64,000 bases of DNA from Carcharhinus longimanus (Eukaryota): contig JASCQW010000081.1 in NCBI GenBank assembly GCA_030264375.1, positions 87,027,503-87,091,502 of the forward strand, given 5' to 3'. Numbering within the stretch: position 1 is the first letter of the stretch; each line of letters opens with the position of its first letter. Positions 12,985-26,732 of this stretch are shown here, piece after piece. Under the pieces are notes generated by a model, which had not been told where the DNA came from, searched no databases, and saw nothing but the letters and a program-made list of their open reading frames with translations. The position numbers were made by a program, and so were the translations under genes.

Positions 12985-13620
12985 AGGATGAGACGGAGTG
13001 CAGAAAAGAGACAGAGAATCTGGTGAAAAAGTGCGATGACAGTAATCTCTTCCTTCATGTCAGTAAAACGAAGGGGATGATCATTGATTTCAGGAGGACA
13101 TGCCGTTTTCCAGATAAACGGCGATGAATTGGAGATTATCCAGAGCTTCACATTTCTTGGTGTCCAGATCACCAACAACATATCCTGGCCGCGTCAAGCG
13201 GACCATAGGTAAGAAAGCCCACCAACGTCTGTACTTTTTCAGGAGGCAAAGGAACTTGTGCAGATCGGCTCCGTTTCTCATCAGTTTTTACAGATGCACA
13301 ATAGAAAACATCCTTTCCAGATGTATCACTGCTTGGAATAGCTTATGCTGTAACCAAGACGCAACAAACGAAAAAGGATTGTGAATGGAGCCCAGTCCAT
13401 CACGCAAACAAGGCGCCTATGCATTGACTCCGTCCACACTTTCCGTGGCCTGGGAAAAGTACCCATCACAATCAAGAATTCCACGCACCCGAACATATAC
13501 TCTTCCACTTTCTTTCGGCGGGAAAAATATGCAAAATTCTGAGCTCATATGCCAACAGATTCAAGAACAGTTTCGTCCCTGCTGCCATCAGACTTGAATG
13601 GACGTATCTTATTTTAAGCT
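12985..13620 (+). mobile_element. Rex1/Babar-like non-LTR retrotransposon 3' fragment
   Basis: DETECRKETENLVKKCDDSNLFLHVSKTKGMIIDFRR and KKAHQRLYFFRR...FYRCTIENILSRCITAW; frameshifted. Confidence 0.8.
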
Positions 13621-14008
13621 AATCTTTCAATGCCCCCTCACTGTATGTGACACCACATTCTGCATACTCTCCTTCTCCCTTATGCACGCAATAAACGGGA
13701 TGATTGGTTTGAAACAGTCCAAGAGAAATGCAATCTGTCCGCACGCAAAGTGCTCAAGCAGTTAGAAATGAGAGCGAGATGAAGAGGCAGACAGAGGGAG
13801 TGAGTGGGTGTGTTTGTCAGAGAAAGATGGACAAACAGACTTACATAGAGAGATAGTTCGGCCGATAAGCCCGATAGCTCAATAGATGGCTCGATCGATA
13901 GATAGATCGATGGATCGCTCGATAGATAGATAGATCGTTAGATGTTAGCTGGAAGGTTTTCGGGGTAAAAGGGTTAAATCTGAGAGCAACAGATTTGATT
14001 TGACCAAG

Positions 14009-14700
14009 GTTGAGACGAAGTACGGACAAAAGGCAGAGACTCTGGCAAAACCATACGGCGACAGTAATCGTCCCCTTCATGTCAGTAAAACGAAGAAGGT
14101 AGTCATTGAATTCAGGAGAAATACCCCTGTCCACATCAACGGTGACGCAGTGAAAATTGTCTAGTTCTTCACGTTTCTTGGCGTCCAGATCACCAACAAT
14201 CGTCCCTGGCCCCTCTAAGTGAACTATAGATAAGGAAGCACACCAACGCCTCTACTTTCACAGGAGTCTAAGGAAATTCGACAGGTCGGCAGCGACTCTT
14301 ACCAGTTTTCACAGCTTGGCATTGCTCCTGCTCTAATCAAGGCGCAACAAATGACAAGGGATTGTGAAAGTAGCCTAGTCCATCATATAAATAAACCTCC
14401 CATGCATAGACTGCGTCTATACGCGCCGCTGCCTGGGAAAAGTAATCAACACAAGCATGGATTCCATGCACCTGGATATATTCTTTTCCACCTTCTTCGG
14501 TGGGACAATACACAAAATTCTGTGTTCATGTATCAAACGTATCAAGAACAGCTTCTTCCCTACTGCCATCAGAATTTGAAAGGGCGTATCTTAAATTAAG
14601 CACAGCTTTCTCTACACCCTAGCTATGTGTAACATTACATTCTGCACCCGCTCACCTCCGTCTCCCCTATGCGCGCTATGAACGGAATGCTTGTTCTGTA
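14009..14700 (+). mobile_element. Second tandem Rex1/Babar-like fragment
   Basis: Colinear with 12985-13620, same 5' junction (GATTTGACCAAGG). Confidence 0.75.
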
Positions 14701-14819
14701 TAGCACAAGCAACAGTGAGGAATCCAAGAGAAATGCAATCTGTCTGGACTCAAAATGCTCCAGTAGACAGAAACCAGAGAGAGGTAACGAGATGAATAGG
14801 CAGAAAAAAGAGTGAGTGA

Positions 14820-15033
14820 GCGTGTGTGTGAGAGAGACAGAGGACAGACAGACATTTAGAGACAGAGAGCTGGATAACTAGATAGCCAGCTAGATAGCTA
14901 GCTAGACAACTAGAAAAATAGACATACAAATAGACAGACAGACAAAGAGACAGACAGACAGATAGACAGGTAGATAGATAGACAGATAGGTAGATAGATA
15001 GATAGATAGATTGAAACAAGAAAGAAAGAAAGA
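14820..15033 (+). repeat. Compound GATA/GACA/GAAA microsatellite (paralog ~53060-53262)
   Basis: Direct reading of tandem tetranucleotides. Confidence 0.9.
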
Positions 15034-15089
15034 TGGCCGTCTGGCCTCCTTCTGCAGTACAAGAGTTCTATTATGCTAAATATGCCGCT

Positions 15090-15240
15090 TAGATGGATTG
15101 GACATGCTAAATTGTTCCATAGAGTCCAAAAATGTGTAGAATAAGGGGATTAGCGGGATGAATATGTGGGATTACGGGGTGCGGCGGTGGAAGGGCAGGA
15201 GTAAAATGGTCTGTTGGAGTGTCGGTCTATACTCGATTCA
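15090..15240 (+). mobile_element. V-SINE 3' fragment (paralog ~53300-53450)
   Basis: TTAGATGGATTGGACATGCTAAATTG...GGATTACGGGG resembles the 3' half of the SINE at 44523. Confidence 0.65.
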
Positions 15241-15473
15241 GCGCTGCAACCATTTCATGATTCTCAATTATAATATCGCTGCACTGCTCTCAGCTGGCTT
15301 ATTGAACACCCCCGAAACTTAACTGCCAATTGTTTTTTTTAAAATATATTCCTCAATTAGAAAGGACGTTATCTTGCCCTGCAGGAAATTCTGATCCATC
15401 CTGAAATGTTGCTTCACACTTTTGGCCAAGTAGCACAGCAGCGATCACAACGAATTGCAATTGATGCTGTGGC

Positions 15474-15545
15474 GCCGTGATTGGGAAAGCGGTTAATTTT
15501 CCACATTGTGGCCGCAGTAAACTCGGCTCGAATCGGAGTCATGTG
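15474..15545 (+). pseudogene. tRNA-His(GTG) pseudogene
   Basis: GCCGTGATTGGGAAAGCGGTTAA...TTGTGGCCGCAGTAAACTCGGCTCGAATCGGAGTCA. Confidence 0.75.
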
Positions 15546-16264
15546 CTGCAGCCTTTTCCTCACTGTGGTACTAACTGTAAAATGGGATGAGAAAAGTCTT
15601 CATTGCATTCCGATATGCATGCTCTTAATGCGAACAACTTTTAGTTATCAGATGTTCGAAACTGCACAGTTCAAATCCACCGCTTATCTCAAATTTGTCT
15701 TCCTTGCACTGTCAAACCGCCTTTAGTCTTCTCCGTCACTGTGTTTGTCACTTTTGCTGCGGAATTGCCGAATCTACGAATCATTTCATATAATTACGTC
15801 CTTAAGTTGGTTTTACTGCCGTCGCTGAGAGTACGTGCGCAAATCTGACCATGGTTGTCCCGAAACACTTTCGATCAGTATGACTGTCAAGCAAATAAGT
15901 GCCTCGAAATAAGTAATTACTTTGGAATTGCAGTGGTGGGATTTCTCACGACTTTCCTTTCGTAAATCGAATTTAAAAAATTAATGAAATGAGTCTTCGA
16001 TCAATTGCAGATGGAATCTCTGGACGATGGTCTAACGAGTCGTTGCGCTGTAATCAAACAGTTAATGTGCCTAATCCATTTTCTGCGTTGAAATATGGAA
16101 CGAATGTATGAAAAAAAAACAGCTGGTATGCGACTTGCTCGACGCGAGCCAGTTTCGCCTGACGGAAATTTCTTTTGAATGTCCGTGGAAGGTGTAGCAG
16201 TTTGCACGGAATCCTTCGTTGGTATACGATGTAAGACATATACAAATGTATTGCAACTACATTG

Positions 16265-16333
16265 AGGAACGAACGGGTATCGAAACAGGGATTTTTCAAT
16301 TAGGAAACAAACACCTTGTTTGGCCACCACGCC
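16265..16333 (-). pseudogene. tRNA-Thr(CGT)-derived pseudogene
   Basis: Reverse complement GGCGTGGTGGCCAAACAAGGTG...TTCGATACCCGTTCGTTCCT aligns with 12485. Confidence 0.75.
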
Positions 16334-16421
16334 CACCTGCCGAAAGAAGATCCTGGTCAATCTGTTCTGCCTCCTTTCCAGTGCAACCACCCAATGGCGA
16401 CTCCCGACTTCTCACATGCGC

Positions 16422-16493
16422 TTTCTGGTGTTTTACTGTTTCAGATTCGGCGCTCTCACCGCCGCATCTCCGGTTCACTCCCCATTCTGGGAT
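16422..16493 (+). pseudogene. tRNA-Glu(CTC) pseudogene
   Basis: GATTCGGCGCTCTCACCGCCGC anticodon arm intact; remainder degraded. Confidence 0.8.
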
Positions 16494-16745
16494 TGTTTTT
16501 TTCTTTCCCAAACCAACTGATCATATCACATCGGGCTGTGGAAGAGAGCCTGTCTCATCACTTTCTCGTTAGTAAAGTCGTTAGTATCGCACCCCCTCCC
16601 ATTTATTTACAAAAACATACCCTCTCTGCCTCTCATGCTCGAGCAACACAGAGAAAAACGAACTTGCAGAGTATAATCCTGTGTGGTAAGAGGCATGTTG
16701 TGGTGGAAAAGCGCCCAGATAAATCGTATCATTCATAACTTCTTT

Positions 16746-17599
16746 ACATAAGAATATAAGAACATACAAACTAGGGGCAGGAGTAGGCCATCTGGCCCCT
16801 CAATCCTGCTTCGCCATTCAGTAAGATCATGGCTGACTTTTTTTGTGGATTCAGTTCCACTTATCCGCCCGCTCACCATAACCCTTCACTGTTCAAACAT
16901 GTATCTACCCTTGCCTTAAAAACATTTAGTGAGGTATCCTTAACTGCTTCACTGGGCAGGGAATTCCACAGGTTCTCAACTCTTTGTGTGAAGAAGCTCC
17001 TTCTCAACTCAGTCCTAAATCCGTTTCCCCTTATTTTGAGGCTAAGCCCCCTAGTTCTAGATTCACCTGCCCGTGGAATCAACTTCCCTGCTTCTATCTT
17101 ATGTATTCCTTTCTTTATCTTACACTTTTCTATAAGATCTCCCATCATTCTTCTGAATTCCAATGAGCATAGCCTCAGTCCACTCAGTCCCTCCTCATAA
17201 GCCAACCCTCTCAATTGCCGAATCAACCTAGTGAATCTCCTCTGCAGCCCCTCCAGTGCCAGGATATCTTTTCTCAAGTAAGGAGATCAAAACTGAACAC
17301 AGTATTCCAGGTGTGGCCTCACCTTATACAGCTGCAACATAATCTTGCTGTGATTAAACTTTATCCCTCTAGCAATAAAGGACAAAATTCCATTTGCCTT
17401 CTTAATTACCTGCTGCACCTGCGAATGAACTCCTTGAGGTTCCTACACGAGCACACCCAGGTCCCTCTGCACAGCAGCATGCTGCATTTTTTTAACTATT
17501 TAAATAATAGTCCATTTTGTTGTTATTCCTACCAAAATGGATGATCTCACATTTACCAATATTTTAGTCCATCTGTCAGACCTTCTCCCACTCACTTAG
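16746..17599 (-). mobile_element. CR1 LINE, 5'-truncated
   Basis: ORF 16873..17277 RKDILALEGLQRRFTRLI...FFTQRVENLWNSLP (CR1 ORF2 C-terminus); TTCTTATG-type tail at ~16746-16766. Confidence 0.95.
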
Positions 17600-19479
17600 G
17601 TATCGCTGATACTCCAGAATTGAAAGGCATCTCTACAATCTCCGGCAGAACAATTAAGAATTCATCTTCCCAAATGAAAATAAAGTTTTCGTCATTCATG
17701 GTGTTTCTTATGTTAGCACCCCAGAGAGCGTGGAACAAAAAAAACAATCGAGGGGTTCAGGCCGGTGATTACAATGCATTTTTGCATATTTCACGTATTT
17801 GTTCGTTATTATTGCAATACTCTCATTTGAAAAGTTAATTCTCCAAAACAATCGGCGCAGTACACGGATGGAGAAGCACAATGTTATAAATACACCTGAG
17901 TTCTCCGATTCGAATGCACATATGCCGGTGTGAGCTTATAGGAGGAAGGGAGGGATGGTTTCAAGTTACTAAATCGTTTTATTACAAACATTTAGAGAAA
18001 CGACGAAATATTGAGACCCCAATTGTTGATTCCTGTGCTATACCACTAGCCATATTCTGTCCAACATATACACTGTTGTTTTTTTGTTAGCCAGTCAATT
18101 TTCAGTCGAAGCCAATATGTTATCCACTTCGCCAAGAGATTGTACCTTCAGCATTAACTTTCAAATGACTCCTGGAAATCCGAGGGCCGTGCAAGCATCA
18201 GCTTCCTTTAATTCAAAGTAAAGTTGACTCCCATAATTTGGTCAAACAATTTTTCCCTTTCAAATATAAACTGCTATTCTTTACTCTTCCGTATGTCCTG
18301 CTATAACATCTGTAAATAATGATTTGTAACAATTTCCCCTCGCAGACTTTAGGCTAACTAACCAGTTGTTTCCTGCTTTGCGCTTTCCTCCCCCTTTTTA
18401 TTGAATTTGAGAGCTGGATGCTAAGGATGACATGACCGTTGGTGATTATTTTAATTTCTGTTAAAGTCAGGCATGTCCTAACCTGATACGTTCATAGAAA
18501 AGAATGCTGAATGTTTGTGCCAGCAGATACTTTCGATACCTGGGCATTCGTGTAATTTGCTCATCTTTCCAAAACTGCTACACGGAATTCAGTGTACCTG
18601 AAGGGTTTCTGTTTATTGTTCCGGTTTCGGACGTCCTTGGTATTTCATTAGGTTATGCAAGCGACGCTTGAGAATATCTGACCATGTCTTTCGAGGCGGA
18701 GGAGCGGAGGAGTTAGAGCGGAGGCGGTGGTGGGGAGGATGGCGGGGGTGCAGTGTGCACGAGGGGAGATGTGAATCGGAATCGTTCCCACGGCATTTGA
18801 CCAATGGCACTAATGTCGTCTGCATCTATCAACGATAGACTATCTGCGGAGAGAGGAAGACGATTGACTTTATAACGCATTTAGCTCCCCACTCAAGTCT
18901 ACGCCTTGAAGAAAGCAGGCGATGAATAGAAAAAAAAAACTGCCATGTATAACATGCAGCAACAACAGGCCATGTTGGAAGCACTGAACAATTCTGGGCG
19001 GATATTTGAAGAGATAGAGACTGAGGTTCCATCTGAAGGGTTTCCGGGGAAAGAATACGACGCGGGCCCACAGCCTTTGAAGAGCAGCATTGTTAACACA
19101 CACATACATCAAAGACAAAATTATTTGCTCCACTACAACAAATGACTGTAAGATGCATTTACCTTTCTGCTCAATTATATGTCGTGAGGTCAACAGACAG
19201 TGATCAGGAAAACCGTCTCGTGCCTAACATGGACAAACAACAGAATATGCTCGAAGTACTCAACAGTTTTGAAAGTATACATGGAAAATTTATTAAACGA
19301 CCTTTCTCCGAATGGGTTATAATAGATTCAGGTTTTCAGTCAGCAGTCATTGGTTTGAAAGGTGAAACTATTCGGCTCTGATAACCCCGTCAAACGCTTG
19401 AGGAAGCAGTCCTCTATTTGCGGGGCTGAGTGCACGCAAGCGGTTCCTCAGTCAGGTGCGGTAGTAAACCTTCTGTGGT

Positions 19480-19551
19480 CTTGTGATCGTACAGTAGGAA
19501 GTATGCTAATTTGCGGCCGCAGCAACCTCGGTGAAAATCCAAGTCTCAGTC
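19480..19551 (+). pseudogene. tRNA-His pseudogene
   Basis: GTGATCGTACAGTAGG...GGCCGCAGCAACCTCGG; paralog of 61382. Confidence 0.75.
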
Positions 19552-20596
19552 GGAGTTATTTAAAATATTTGACTTTTGGAGCGCAGGGATGAGAAATTCG
19601 TTGAGCACAACAATTGTTTTAATGGTACAATTGTCCATCAGTCACATATATAATCAGTTCATGTTAATGTCTCTGATGGTGCGGGGCTTAGACGCACCTC
19701 TTCTTCGGGATCCCCCCTTTCCATCTCCCACCACATTTACTCTCACTAATCTCCTTGAAATCGTTACTTCCATTGCATCATTGCTTTCCATGAAAATTGC
19801 ATAATTTTGCACTCTTACTAATACCGCGGAGTTGTTGGCTACCAACTCTGTTTCTGGTTTCGCACAGAAATGATCTCTGCTTTGAAACTATTGGAAGAGA
19901 ATCAACTCGATCTTTCCCATTCTAGAGAGCCAACATTCTGGAAGAACCTCGATGCAATGGCGATGATTTTTTTTAAACCGGCAAACAGTAATGCAGTCAA
20001 TACCAACTGCCGTAAAGGTTGAACATCTTGGAACAACTTTCCAGACCTGACAACTTTTGTGGTGAGCGAAACCGAGCCGTCGTTTCGAGTGTAGTCTTTC
20101 CGGAAACCTCGGGTTTTCATTTCAGATTTCCAACATCCTCATAATTTTGTGCTCTTGTAATGCTGAGTGAACACTTGGATTGTTGAAACAACAATTGCCC
20201 CGCCAAAGACATTGATATCAGTTGCTACATGCTCAGGTCCCAGCTGGAATGTCCATGGCACCCGGCTGGTCATTAGCTGCCAGCGGGAAAAGAAAGTATT
20301 TATGCATAAATCTGCTTTATGTTAGCAAATTTTAAAAAAAACTGCTTTTGAATATATCGGTACTTAGTAGAAAGGCGCTTGATGGTCTGCGCGGACAGAA
20401 TGATGCACGGAGATGAAGAGTGGTCCGGACTGGAAGTGTTGAGCTCTGTTCTATCCCCACAGAAAATGACAGAACTACACTATTTCCCAGCATTTTCTGT
20501 TTCTGTTGTGTTCGAGAGTGATGTATTTCAGTTGCAGTCCTGGATGAATGTATGGCTTGAAATGGGCAAGCCTTTAGGCTGCAGTACATCTGTGAT

Positions 20597-20663
20597 ACCA
20601 TGACCTCATAGTGATTAGTATTCTGTGTTGCGCCTGCAGCACCTCCGATGCTGGCTCAATGCA
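20597..20663 (+). pseudogene. tRNA-His relic
   Basis: ACCATGACCTCATAGTGATTAGTATTCTGTGTTGCGCCTGCAGCACCTC. Confidence 0.6.
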
Positions 20664-22731
20664 TTGTTTTTTTTTCTAAAAATATACGCTTCCTGCGGCA
20701 CATACTCAACAGCAAAGAAAATAATTAATTCGCAGAGTAGATCCTGCACGGCAAGAGACATGTTTTGATGGCAACACGCAGTCAAACGCATTTGCAATGT
20801 CTCCAGCAGAATAAGTAAGAATTCACCTTCCCAAATGAAAATAACGTTTTTTTCCACTGTGTTTCTTATGTTAGTATTCTAAACAGCGTGAGGGGAAAAA
20901 AATCTTCGATGGGTTACAGTTTGGCAATTGCAATGCCTTTTTGTATATTTTATATATTTGTTCATTATCATTATAATAAATGATTTACACTGTTAATTCT
21001 TCAAAACATTTGGCACAGAACGCGGACGGAGAAGCATAATGCCATGAATACAATTGAAATCTCGGATCCTGATTTAGATATGCCGATGTAAACTCACAGG
21101 AGGACCGGAGTGGATGGTTTCAAGTCATTAAATCGTTTGATTACAAACAGCCGAATTACATGCTGTGGGCCAGCCGGCCTCTCCACATCGCTCCGAATTT
21201 CACTGAGGCCATGGCTGACATGATTGTAACTTCAAACCCACATTTCAGGCTATCCTTGATAGCATTTCACTCCGACCTTTATCAAGAATTTTGCTAGCTC
21301 GACCTTTGACATATTCAAAGGCTCCTTCCACTATTTCTTGAGGAATTGATTTCCAGAGACTAAAGATCATCTGAGGGAGAGAAATTCTCCTTGCCTCCTT
21401 ATTAAACGATCGATCCCATATTTTCAGAAGGCAAAACCTCATTCTGGATTGTCTAACAAAAGGAGTCATCCTCTCCACATCCAGCAAGTGATTAGGCCTC
21501 AGGATCTAAACCGTTTTGATCAAGTTCACTCTTACCCTTCGAAACGCGACAGGATTTAACTCGAAACTCTCCAACTTTCCTTTAGACAAGATAAGTCCCT
21601 TCCTGGAATTATTCTGGAAAACCTTCACTGAATTATCTCTAACGAATGCATATGTTTCCTTAAATTAAGAGACCAATGCTGTACACAATAATCTACACGT
21701 GGGCTCTTTGAAACTGGAGCGTTCCGTCACTACATTTGTAACCATTTTCGCTTGGAACGAGGGACAACACGTCATTCGCTTCACAATTATTTGCTGTATC
21801 TGGACATTAGCATTTTCTGACTCATGCACTAGGACATGCACTAGGGCCCTCAGATCAGTCTACAACTCGCAATTATGCATGTTGTTGTCATTTTGGTTGT
21901 AGTCCCTTTAATTTTCTTCCCGCCATAATGGACGATTGCACATTTGCGCAAATTAGAATCCATTTGCCAGATATTTGCATGTTCACTTCATCTGTTGCAA
22001 CCTTACATTTTCTTCACGCTTTACTTTCCTACATGTCGTTGGTTCGTGAGTAAATTTAGCAAGGACGGCTTCAGTCGATTCATCCAAGTCATGCATGTAA
22101 ATTTCAAAACTTTGAGACCTCAATTATTGATTCCTGCGCCATAACACCGGTCACACACTGTCAACCATACATAACGCTGCTTTTTGTTAGCTAGCCAAAC
22201 TTCAATCCAAGCCAGTGCGTACCAGCTACGCCAAGAGTTTGTATTCAGCAAATTAAACCTTAAAATAACTTCCGGAAATCGAAGGAGCGTGCATCCAGCA
22301 GCTTCCCTTAATTCAAAGCGAATGTGACTCCCAAATATTGTACAACCAAGTTTTCGCCATCATATGAGACCTGACAAACTGGAAATGTTCCACGTGCCCC
22401 GCTATAACATATCTCAATAATGATTGCAAATATATTCCCTTGGCAAAGAAACAAGTTGTTTCCCGGTTTCTGCCTTCTCCCTTTATTAAATTTGAGACAA
22501 AACGTGAGAGAAGGGGAGAGAAAATTGGATGTTATGGATGGAATGACAATTGGTGATCATTTTAATTTCTGTTAAAGTTGAGACAAGTCCGAACCTGATT
22601 CCTTCATGAAAAGGAAGGCTTAATGTTTGTGCCGGCAGCAAAATTCGTTCGGCGAGAATTCGTGAAATCTATTGAACTTTCCAAATCTCCTGCGGAATTT
22701 CTGGGGATCTCAGCAGTTTCTGTTTATCGTC

Positions 22732-22831
22732 NNNNNNNNNNNNNNNNNNNNNNNNNNNNNNNNNNNNNNNNNNNNNNNNNNNNNNNNNNNNNNNNNNNNN
22801 NNNNNNNNNNNNNNNNNNNNNNNNNNNNNNN
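22732..22831. other. Assembly gap (100 N)
   Basis: Run of N. Confidence 1.
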
Positions 22832-23372
22832 TTTTCACACTACATGTAACCCCACCCAGCAGTTCTGTGGGGAACAAATCTTCCTAGGTTTTCTCTTCTG
22901 ACACCATGCATACTTTGATTACGTCTGGTAATCTTTCTACCTGAAGTAGCCTGCATAGTGTTTTGCACCATCGTACACTTTGGTTATTTGGAATTATTTA
23001 ACTGCCTTTTTTTGTCCTTCGGTCATGCCTTCATTGGTTGTACAACTTGCAGACACTTCATACAGACTGATTATTTAACTCTTGTACGAACACATTAGTA
23101 CTCATAATTAGCTATAAAGACTTGTTATGCAGTCTGCCTGCACTGCACTGCATGTTCTTATCCATTGACACTCTTGATTAGCTGTGCATGTTGGACCATC
23201 GTCAATCTCCCTCAATATTCTGTGACGACGCTCCTCTCTCCACCTCACCTGATGAAGGAGCAAGCACTCCGGCAGCCTGAGATTTGAGAAAAATAAAATC
23301 TGTTGGATTCTAACCCCATTTTGTCTGAACTCTCATCTTGTCCACCACAATTCAACACCGGCTTTTCCATAT
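22832..23372 (+). mobile_element. Penelope-like 3' region and terminal repeat
   Basis: Inverted paralog of 1670-2202; TCACCTGATGAAGGAGCAAGCACTCC hammerhead-like core at 23245. Confidence 0.6.
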
Positions 23373-23563
23373 CCTAGAAAATTAAAGGAGTCTGACGCCT
23401 GCTGTTCCATAGTTAAGAGATTCAGGCACTGAGCAGAAATGGACTGTGAACAGGAGTATCCCGAATTGGAATCAGTGCAAACTCAGTGCCTCGAAAAGGT
23501 TTGGAGAACGACTGCCTTCAAGGCATGTTGAGTCCAAATGAACATGGAAGTTTGAATTGAAAA

Positions 23564-23643
23564 CGCAGCCAACAGCATTTTAAATTGCCGGGAAATCACA
23601 ACGGATTTCTAATCTATCGCCTGAAGCACGTTTCGACGAATAC
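23564..23643 (-). pseudogene. tRNA-Ser(AGA) pseudogene
   Basis: Reverse complement GTATTCGTCGAAACGTGCTTCAGGCGATAGATTAGAAATCCGTTG...; mirror of 1367. Confidence 0.7.
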
Positions 23644-25284
23644 GGGCTTAGAGTCCATGAATGGTAATCTAATAAAATCGTATTGCGATCGCCTTCAGCA
23701 AAGCCTTTGGACGAGCTGTTACTTTTTCATCTTTATGTTTTCCTATGACGTTGTTCCCAGTATTGTTTTCCAACGTGCAGTTGCACAGGAAATGTGAATA
23801 CATTTAGTAATCCTAAAATGGCTACCTTCACTCAGCCACATCACCCACTTGACAGATGGCGATGTTCACCCTGTCACTAACAAGGAACTGTCCCCGCACC
23901 CTCCCCGACACCACCCACCACCACACCCCGCCCCCCCCCCCCCAAACCCGCCCCTAACTGCTGATCTTTTTCCGGCAGAACCACCAGATTTTAGTAACCA
24001 ATCGTTTACATTTACTAACGCATTGCGGCAATAGAAATAGACGAGCATTTTGGGTAACATACATATTCGTGCTTCCAGAAATTGATTTGCGTATTTCGGG
24101 CCGGAGGATTCAATGAGTGAAATTGCAAATTGCGACCACAGTTGTTCGTCCGCATCATGAAAAAGAACATAACATTTTTCTGCGGACATGCAAAGATAAA
24201 AAAAACGTAAAATAAGGTGAATGCTTCGAATGTAGAAGGCTGGAGGGAAGTGGATGCATGGACGTTTGAGGCCCGAGAAGCTCAGACTCTCTACGTAACA
24301 ACCAGAAAATATCTGTGTTCTATTTCGCAGCTGGAAAGAATGCAGCAACACATGTGCGACTGGTTATTGTGTTCCCCTGCTACTTCAAGAGTTGGTGGTG
24401 CATCTCACACCGAAGACTTCATTTTATGCTCAACCTGCATTCATAGTTCATCTGCACCTGAGAACACACGATTCACCAGCGGCATCAGCCTGCTTATGGC
24501 TAACTTCCGAGTGCAGAAGCATTTCCAGGAGCGAACCTTGAGAGAATTCCAGATCAACTAGCCTGAGTCTGATGCTATGCATATTTGTGGGCATCATGAT
24601 ATACGTTTGGTTGCATACCCTAAACAATGGCACCTGTCTCCAAACGATTAAACTGAAAACACAATGATAACTTTCAGCATCTGTATACGATGGAATTAAA
24701 ACCAGCCCAACCTCGACTCCGTCGTGTGGAAATACGGGAATCAGTTTTGTGGGGGTGGCGGCGGGGGATTTGGGGTTGGGGAGTGGCGATTGAGATGACG
24801 CGTAACTCTGAATCAGAGTCGGAAAACAAAACGCATTATGCTGTGGGGGTAGTGTCTCATTCTGTACAATGACTAAAAGTTCCTGACGATCCTGGTTGAC
24901 TCAAGGAAACATATAAGCAAAATTCAGAACGTAGTGGGCTGGAAACGAAAATACGCAGGCAAACCCCATTACTCAGACATAACTACCAGCGAAGCAAATT
25001 AACGCCAGTGAGTGAACTGATTTTGGCAACGTTTATAATGGAAGGCACAGTGCCTCACTCAGAAATAGTCAAGTCAGCATCCCTCGTTTACGGCCTTGAA
25101 AGATCAAACGGGAAGGAATTGGAGACATAAAGTCAAACTTTTGAATTGAAAGGATTGTCGATGCTACTCATCAGGAACTAAAAGTGTGTTCAGAGCAAGC
25201 ACAATATTCAGAAAGGCGAAACTGATATCCATAACACTGACCGTAAATACTTCTGCGTTTACTTGAGCCGTTGATTACGATGAA

Positions 25285-25358
25285 GCATCTGCGGCGCAAA
25301 TGGCTAGCGTGTTTGGTGGTTTACTGTAAAGGTGGTGCATCGATTCCACAAAGGAACG
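25285..25358 (+). pseudogene. tRNA-Asn pseudogene (old)
   Basis: GCATCTGCGGCGCAAATGGCTAGCGTG...TCGATTCCACAAAGGAACG; flanks match the Asn-His unit. Confidence 0.65.
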
Positions 25359-26732
25359 AAGAACACTGCGCCATCTGCCCCTGTTCATTCTTTGCATCAC
25401 ACGGTGCTACATTACGCCCTCCGTTTCCTTGCCAAAAGGCGCCACACAGACTCAGCATTCACACTGGCAAGTCAGTTCCCAAATGGAAACTTCATCAATA
25501 TCAACTCAAATAAAATGTGCTGATATCCACCCATATCGAATACTGCATTTCAAAATTACGTCTGATTCAGCGGCCAGGAATATGGAAGATAGAATATATT
25601 ATCGGAAGTAGTGAGGTAAGTTATTTACATGGAAAAAAAACACATTTGTTTCTAATAATAATAAATCACCTCGAGTTGATGCTCGAAACAAAAGACAAAG
25701 TCTTCATATACTTATCCCTATTTCAGTATTCACAAAATCTAACAGCCAACGTAAAAATGAAGCAACACGCAAAATTCAACAGCCTAGTCCCATATGTAAT
25801 TTGACCTACAGCGGGAAAATGGTACTACTAAGGGGGCTACGAAACTATGAAATTTCATCCCGAAGCTGCAGCTGTAATTGCACTGTGGAGCGCAACGTTT
25901 CATTTCATGACCACAAAATATGTGCATTAAAGTCGAGGCCACGCAACGGGCGATAAGAAATGAGTGGTGCCGTCTTTCCGGAGGCATCTTACTTGCCTGC
26001 CCGGCTCGATGCAGTGAAACCGCCAACAGTGTATTCAATTAAAGCAATAGATAATTCGTGATTATGAGAGCTCGCGGCGTGTATACGAGAATCTCCTCAG
26101 CTCATTCTCTGCTGCGGTTTTATTCATTCAACAATGATCAAACTCGTCATCTTCCTTCTCACATCTCTTTTGTGAGAGAAGGCGTTCCTTCAATATTTGC
26201 TCTATCAGCATCTCCAACAATTCACCCGGAATTCTTTGGGAGGAGGCAGCAAAACTCACCGTCACCATGAGAATTATTCCGGTGTCTCGACTATTTTTTG
26301 ACAGGGAAGGTTCCTCAGGGATATAGGAGCATTGAGAAAGAATTCACAAAGCTTTGCTAAATATTGCAAGTCGGATAGAGAAAGTGGGAGCTCAGCGGCA
26401 AAGGAAATCCAATGTCCAGCCTGCGAATGATGAGAATTAATTGGCGATTATGGAGGAGAGAGAATGAAGGAGTGAGCAATCCTTCAGTTGCAGGGCTGGT
26501 TGGATGTGTGGGCTTACCCGGCCAGGCATAAGCCCATATATGTGTGGCGTGAACTTCCATCAGAAAGGGTGATTAGTGATTTTTTTTTCACTCAACAGGC
26601 AAGTGTTTGAAAGAAAAATGGCATGTGTCTTCGATAAACGATCCGAGATGCAAAGTGTTGTCTTTCAGTTGCAGTGCTGTGTGGCAATGTATGACTTCTC
26701 GCGCACGTTCCATCGCATTAAACCGTTGGTGA

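Larger units (their letters stand above)
10850..13050. repeat. Asn-His-Thr block; inverted copy at ~43195-45886
   Basis: Same tRNA order mirrored; flanks align as reverse complement. Confidence 0.9.
11590..16335. repeat. Segmental duplication, direct copy at ~49840-54555
   Basis: Colinear His-Thr-Rex-Rex-microsatellite-His-Thr arrangement in both copies. Confidence 0.92.
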
